Positions 58,281 through 64,000 of a stretch of 64,000 nt of DNA are shown here, piece by piece; the first letter of the stretch is position 1; each line of letters begins with the position of its first letter. The DNA comes from Vicugna vicugna (taxonomy: Eukaryota), in the NCBI GenBank assembly GCA_013265495.1, contig MU060042.1, positions 5,824,258 through 5,888,257 on the forward strand. The letters run 5' to 3'. Position numbers and translations under genes: made by a program. The notes beneath the pieces are model-generated. The model made no database searches. It was not told the DNA's origin and saw nothing but the letters and a program-made list of their open reading frames with translations.

Positions 58281-61200
58281 CCGCAGGTAGTCCCCTCTGT
58301 CCAGACCAGGGGCGCGTCCACACTCCTGGGCAGGGCCTGCTGCCCCCTACCCCGGGCCCCAGGCCCACAGCTCTGCCCCCTCATACCACGTCCCACCAGG
58401 GCTGGACCCCGAACGGGCGCGGAGCCCTCTGCCTCCCCCAGGCTCCGAATGTGCAAAATCCGCGAGGGGCCACCCTGGGCCCTGGGACGTGGCCACCTCC
58501 CTCAGCCCCAGGGTGTGTCCACCCAGATGCGGCCACAGCCTACAGCAGTGACTGGCGGGTCACCTCTGCGCCCGGGGCTCTCGGGCCTCCCGCCCAGGAT
58601 TGGTGGTTTTCTCCGTGGAAGGACATAGGTGGTACTGACCCCAGGGACGCGACCTCGGTCCGGCCTGCTTGGCCTGGCGGGGCTGGACCTCAGGGATCAG
58701 TGTCACGTGGGCCCCCAGTTTTCCAAGAGGCGCAAGACCTTCCAGAAGGTCTCACGACCCAAGATGACCCACCTGCATGGCCTCGGTGTCCAGGCCCAGG
58801 AGCTCAGACCTATCCCCATGCCCCCGAGTCCTTGTCCCCATCCCAGGACACCACCAGCCGCCTGACACCTCACAGAACACTTGGCAGACAGTGGAGGAGG
58901 GAGGCTCCGGGAAGTTAAAGTAACTTCCCCAGATTTTCCCCACCTGGCCCATGGCTACATCCCCACCCCGTGGCTGGACATGGACATGGGAGACGTGGGC
59001 GTGGGGGATGGGGGCACTGGAACACGGGTGACACAGCTGGTGGGGGGACGGGTCACCCTGGTGATGTCAGGCACCTGGTCAGGCTTTGTTTCCCCAGAGC
59101 CACCTCCTCTCCAAGGGGGCCACATACCCGCTCCCTGGCTTGGGGGCTGGCTGGGGAGACCATGGACAGCAGGGCAGGCCTGGCCTGTCCTCGACCGCAG
59201 GACCTCAGGCTCCAGGGGGAAGGGTCCTTCACCGACTCCACCCGGTTCCCCGGCTGGGACCCCACAGTCAAGGCCTGCAGCCACCAAGCCCCTCCACTCA
59301 CCTCAACTCTGCCTGGGAAATGACCCTGTCCCCTAAACAGGCCGGACCTTGGGGTGCCGGGGAGGCCCCCCCAACCCGCCCCGCAGGTCCACACTTGTAG
59401 GGGGGACCTTCCTGCCTGTTCTGTTCTGAGTCTCATCTCGGGATAATTTCAGACCCAGGGAAGTTGGCCGTCACAAAGGAAGGACTGTGCCAGTCTCCCC
59501 AGCTTCTCATTAAGTCCTTATCCGTTCCTCCCAGTGTGCCAGTCCCTCTGGGCCGGAAGGTCCCTGTGTCCCTGTGTCCTGACCGTGGGAAGCGCAGGTC
59601 GGGGTGTGTGTGCTGCCCCTCAGGTGCCGGCGCTTCCAGGCAAGACTGCGAGGGCCCAGGCCCCACTGGGCAGCTGGCAACGATTTGTGTCCTTAGAAAG
59701 CAGGTCTGGCAGCTGCTCTCCTAAGACCCAGAATCTCCGGGCACCTTGGGCCCGGCGGGCACATGAGTCCCTGACAGGGCGGCTCTGGGTAAGCAGGAAG
59801 CCAGAGGCCACTGGGAGCGGGTGTAATTTCAGGAGCTTCCAGAAGGCGGCGCTGGAAGCTAAGAAACGCGCCCGCAGCTGCGGCGGGACCAGGCTAACAG
59901 CGCAGCCCTTAGAAGCTGGCTGTCTCCCTGGGCGGGAACAGCCAAGTCCCAGAGAGTGTGACTCCCTGAGGGACCTGGGGGTTCTCGCCTTCGCCCGGAG
60001 GCGTTTGTACGCACGCGGCGTCTGCTCTCTCTGACTCGGCAGAAAGACAGATTCCCTCTCAGCCCCAGAGCCAGGAGTCAGAGACGACAGTGTCCGGGCC
60101 CCAGGGGAGGGGTGCTGGGGGCTCCCTGCGCGTCTGTGTCCAAATTCCCAGGTTCCGTGAGGACAACGGGCACTGGCCACCCTCCAGGATGGCCTCATCT
60201 TAACTAATTCCATCTGCAGAGACTGTTTCCGAATCCCGAGATTCTGGGTGGATGTGAACGGGGGCTGGACACAGTGGGTGACGGCCGGACATCTTGCCCT
60301 GAAGGTAGAGAGACACTGTCAATCAAGCACCAAGACAGCTTTATGGGCTGCAGGATGTGCTGGCCTCAGCCAGGGACCCCGTCCCAGAGCCTCCAACTCG
60401 GGGCAGCCACACAGGCCTCCGGAGGAAAACGGGGTCCCAGTGACAAGGGAAAGATGGACAGGCGGTGGACACCCAGCTGGTGTGCTTGGTGGGAACCTGC
60501 AGCCTTTTCATCAATGACTTCCCCTGGGCTGGTGGGTGAGCCCCTCAGGTGCAGACCACAGCACCACCACGACCACCACCCCCACTGCCCTGGGACCCCC
60601 GGGGCATCCCCACCCCCATCGGGGCCACAGAGGCCTGCTCCAGCCTACCCCGAGCTCCCTGCCCAGCCTGACCGACTAGATCTGGAGGACACCTCTGTGA
60701 GGACCGAATGTGAGGGCCCAGTGATGTGGGTCATTAAGCAGAAATGATGAGACGGACAGAGGGACAGAGGAACAGGGAGACAGAGGGCCTGACCCTCTGG
60801 CAGCTAGCTGCTGCTCCCTAGTGACTCCCTGTGCTGCTCCCTGAGCCTCCGAAGATGCAGCGCTGACCTTTGCCCTCGGGCCCCAGGAGGGCCTGTTCTC
60901 TTGGCCGGGCTGCGGGCACTGTGGCTCCTCTGGAGTGGCACCTGGGACTTGAGCCGACCCCACCCAGGGCAGAGGCCTTGGGCCCCTGAGGCCGCTCCCC
61001 CTGCATCGGGCCCACGAGGTCACAAAGGTCTTGCCCAGGGCACGGAGCCTCCGGCAGAGTTCGTGAGACCCTCCCCAGAGCAACGGATGTCACCCCCACC
61101 AGGGAGCACGAGTGGTTGCTCTCGGAGTTGCACAGAACCCCGGGTGGCCCCGGAAGCCCGGCTGCGGGCGCATCGCCGAGAGCTCTGCACCCTGCTCGGT

Positions 61201-61439
61201 GCAGCCGAAAGGAGGACACCACCCCAACGCCCACCCCGGGCGAGCCGCTGAGGAAGGTGCGGGGCACGCACGCAATGGAGCACGATTTGCCTTGAAGGGG
61301 AAGGAAGGGCTGCCCGGCCCCCGCCCTGGGTGAGCCTGGAGGACACTGTGCTCTGTGAGACCCGCCGTCACAGGGGGCAAGCCCTGCCGGACGCCGCCCC
61401 ACGAGGGGCAGCGCACCGTCAGAGAGTGACGGGCAGGGG

Positions 61440-61622
61440 CGGGGCTGGGGGTTAGTGTTTATTAGGAACAGAGTCTCGGTTTGGGAAGAAGAGAAGGTCC
61501 TGGAGACAGATGGTGGTGATGGTTGCACTATGTGGATGAGCTGGATCCAGTGAGCTGTCACTTAAAGACGTTGAGATGGTGAATTTCTGTTCTGCATGTT
61601 GATCACAATTTTCAAAAAAAAA
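61440..61622 (+). mobile_element. L1MB-like 3' terminus with A tail
   Basis: acagagtctcggtttgggaagaagagaaggtcctggagacagatggtggtgatggttgcac...cacttaaa...gatggtgaattt...cacaattttcaaaaaaaa. Confidence 0.75.
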
Positions 61623-63779
61623 TACGGTAAAGTCTCTCCTACTGCCTGGGCACCAGGGCCCAGTGGGGGAGCCTGGTGGGCTGTGCTGGGATGTCGGCCC
61701 CTTGGCTCCGGGAGCCCACCTGCCCCGGCCCAGTGGTAGCCCCAGGCTCTCGGGTGTGGATTTGAAACAGCATCACCGCTGAGGATTCACATGCACTTAC
61801 ACTTTGGCGAGATGCCACTTCCTGTTTCCAAGAAGGAAAAAGGCTGAGCGGGCTTGTAAAGCGCTGCCTTCTGCTTGGACATCAAAGGGTCCGACACAGC
61901 CTCTCGATGAGTTAAGTGTGAATGAATCAGGGGCACATGGATTAAATTTCCCTTGAAATTCACTCCGGCTTAAAAATTAATGGAAAAAGTGCCTGGCAAA
62001 ACTTGCTTATGGCTTTATTGAACCAAAAACACTTTAAAAATAGTTTGGGAAACGCAGCCGACCCGAGCCCTGGGCGATTCCATCCCGATGCTGGGTCGGA
62101 GCCCGGGCCGGGCAGGGGGTGCCTGTGCGGTCCCCCGCAGGAAACCACACCGTGTGTGAGGGAAAAGTCATTTACCACAGACAGACAGACAACAGGCGCA
62201 AGGACAGCTGCCGCGTCAGGGCTGGGAGTGAGAACGCCTCGGATTTCTGCTTAATTAAGTGGATTTAAGAGAACAGTCTCCATGTTACCATCAGAAACCA
62301 TTGTTATTACTACTGTTAACATCGCAAAAGGAAAGCATTGTGAGTTCACAGGTGCAAACTCCACATCTTGCCAGAAACAAAAGGTGGAAGCGATTGTCCA
62401 CCGGCCAGGTTGGCGGCCAGAGCAGCTGCTGTAGCGTCAGGAAAGGGCCTGAGCCCAGCTTTGCCCCGGGTGCCGAGCGGACGACACCTGGCCCTGCGCG
62501 GCCACACGGGGCGGCTGGGCGCGCGTCTCTCCTGCAGACCCCCGACCACCCAGGGCTGAAGGAGGCTGACGGGGGCCCCAGGGCAGGGGCTCCTGCAGGA
62601 CCCCGGAGGATCAGGTGCAGGTGAGGACCTTGCTGGGCGCCAGGCTCGCCTGGTCCCCCACAGCCTCCTGACCGGACAGGCCGTGTTCACCTGCCGTCCT
62701 CGTCTCCTGGCACAGCTGCCGTGTGGTCGGGGACTCCCACAGCAGCCACAGAATCCCACCTTAAACTGGCTCCCCGGAAAGGGGCACTGTCTCCCCACCC
62801 ACGTGAGGGGCTCCGGGCGGGCATTCAGGTGCCTCTGCGTCCTGGTAACCAAACAGTTCACGGACCTGCCTCTGGATTCACTTTCCTCCTCAGCCCCAGT
62901 GGGTGTAGCTTCCCTTGGTGGGGGCCTTATCTCCCACGACCCCCGAAGCTTCAGAGAACACCAGACCTGAGCCCCAGGGGGGCGGCCTGTGACCCACATG
63001 GAGGAGTCCCTGGGCCATGTCATCTGATGGTGGTGCCTTGTTGGAGAAGAGGGGCCTGGGGTGGCACCATGGGGGCTGCCTGGAGGTGGACATCTTGGGG
63101 GGTCAGAGGTGCCCCCCAGGCTGTCGGCTGGGCTCCACAGCAGGTCCTTTGTGGGGAGAGCTCAGGGGGCACTTCCTGGGCCACAGGCACTGGGGGAAGG
63201 GGACAGTGTCGTGTGATGCGGCCGGGAGTCCTGGAAGGAAGGAAGGAAGGAAATGTCCCCTGGCATTTGTGTGGGCCACCGGGGCCACCACACAAAGTAC
63301 CACACCCTGGGGGCCTTAAGCCAAGAGAAACGTATGGACGTGTCCCCTCGCAATCCCAGAAGCTCGGAATCGAGGTACCACAGGGCTGTGCTCCCTCTAA
63401 AAGCTGGAGGAGAGGGTCCTTCCTGCCTCTCCCGCCTTCTAGTGGCCCGTCTCTGTCCCCGTCACCTCCTCTTCCTACGAGGACAGTGGCCACCCTAGTG
63501 ACCTCCTGTTCACGAACCCCACCTGCAAAGACTCCGTTTCCACATGAGGTCACTCACAGGTGGCAGGTTACTCCAACACCTCTTTTGGGCAGACACAATT
63601 CACCCCATGACAGGACTGCTCTGAAATAATCGGGACATCTGTTGAGCAATTAGTAGGGGGTAGTCACTGAGGTGAGTGGGCGTCACCTCACTGACCCCTC
63701 ACAGCCAGCCTTAGAGGAGGGCCCTTCACGGTGGGCTCCCAGGGTGCAGGGCGGGGCGGAAATTCACACTCAGGCTGTT

Positions 63780-64000
63780 GAGATCCTCCCCGGCGTGGGA
63801 CCACGAGGAACTCAGCTGACCTGATTCACAGTGAAACCTGAGGATAACTGAAAACAGCCATTGGAAGCCCCTGGAAGGGGTCCTAGGACAACATCAAATG
63901 AAACGTCCATTCAAGAAAATCTATGAAAATGTGTTAGAAATAGACAGTCTGGTATTTGAACCAAAACTCCCCCTGCCCCAGGCCTTCCCCAGCCCCCCAC
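63780..64000 (+). mobile_element. Probable old L1 5' region (runs off the window)
   Basis: aaatgaaacgtccattcaagaaaatctatgaaaatgtgttagaa...gtctggtatttgaaccaaaactccc recalls L1M4/L1MB 5' consensus. Confidence 0.45.

Noticed and set aside
58001-58918. 305-aa ORF (also 62721-63629, 55441-56223, 23099-23953, 60818-61561 and similar)
   Set aside because: Stop-poor GC-rich DNA; Pro/Gly/Arg/Ala-rich, with no recognisable domain or splice-consistent structure and overlapping ORFs in several frames.
63229-63251. (GGAA)n microsatellite as an ETS response element
   Set aside because: Only about five units; ordinary simple repeat.

Overview
Mammalian genomic DNA, not prokaryotic. The window holds the 3' part of ATP9B (P4B-type P-type ATPase / phospholipid flippase) on the + strand. 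Seventeen GT-AG coding exons can be spliced by hand into one open frame of 2143 nt (713 aa + TAG). It runs from ...LRVNLDMGK (9573) through DKTG|T, TGDK and GDGGND to the C-terminus ...PPSYSKLTS* (56981). By my recollection of the 30-exon human gene these are exons 13-28 and 30. A short 3' UTR ends near an ATTAAA at 57217 and is followed by a CpG island. Three tRNA-Ala-derived SINE copies resemble the camelid vic-1 family, which suggests camel or alpaca (inference). Introns contain many old L1 fragments, one MaLR-internal-like piece and a 183-nt assembly gap. The many 60-350 aa ORFs in the supplied track are GC-rich artefacts or pieces of these exons. I see no novel multi-gene system, CRISPR array or RNA gene. 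The best second-look items are: (1) a decayed 33-nt remnant of the alternative ATP9B micro-exon (GIGRVSFGAFL in human/mouse) that has lost its donor site; (2) signs of strong AT-to-GC drift (CpG gain) in ancient L1s, with A-to-G replacements at conserved ATP9B residues; (3) AT-rich, motif-dense intronic islands (PBX-HOX palindrome, HOX/CDX cluster, SOX cluster, E-box/D-box composite) that may be long-range enhancers of the SALL3-ATP9B-NFATC1 neighbourhood; (4) a terminal CpG island with a GC-skew flip, a CTCF-like site and a donor-like site. Repeat boundaries are approximate, and all comparisons with other species are from memory, not from a search.
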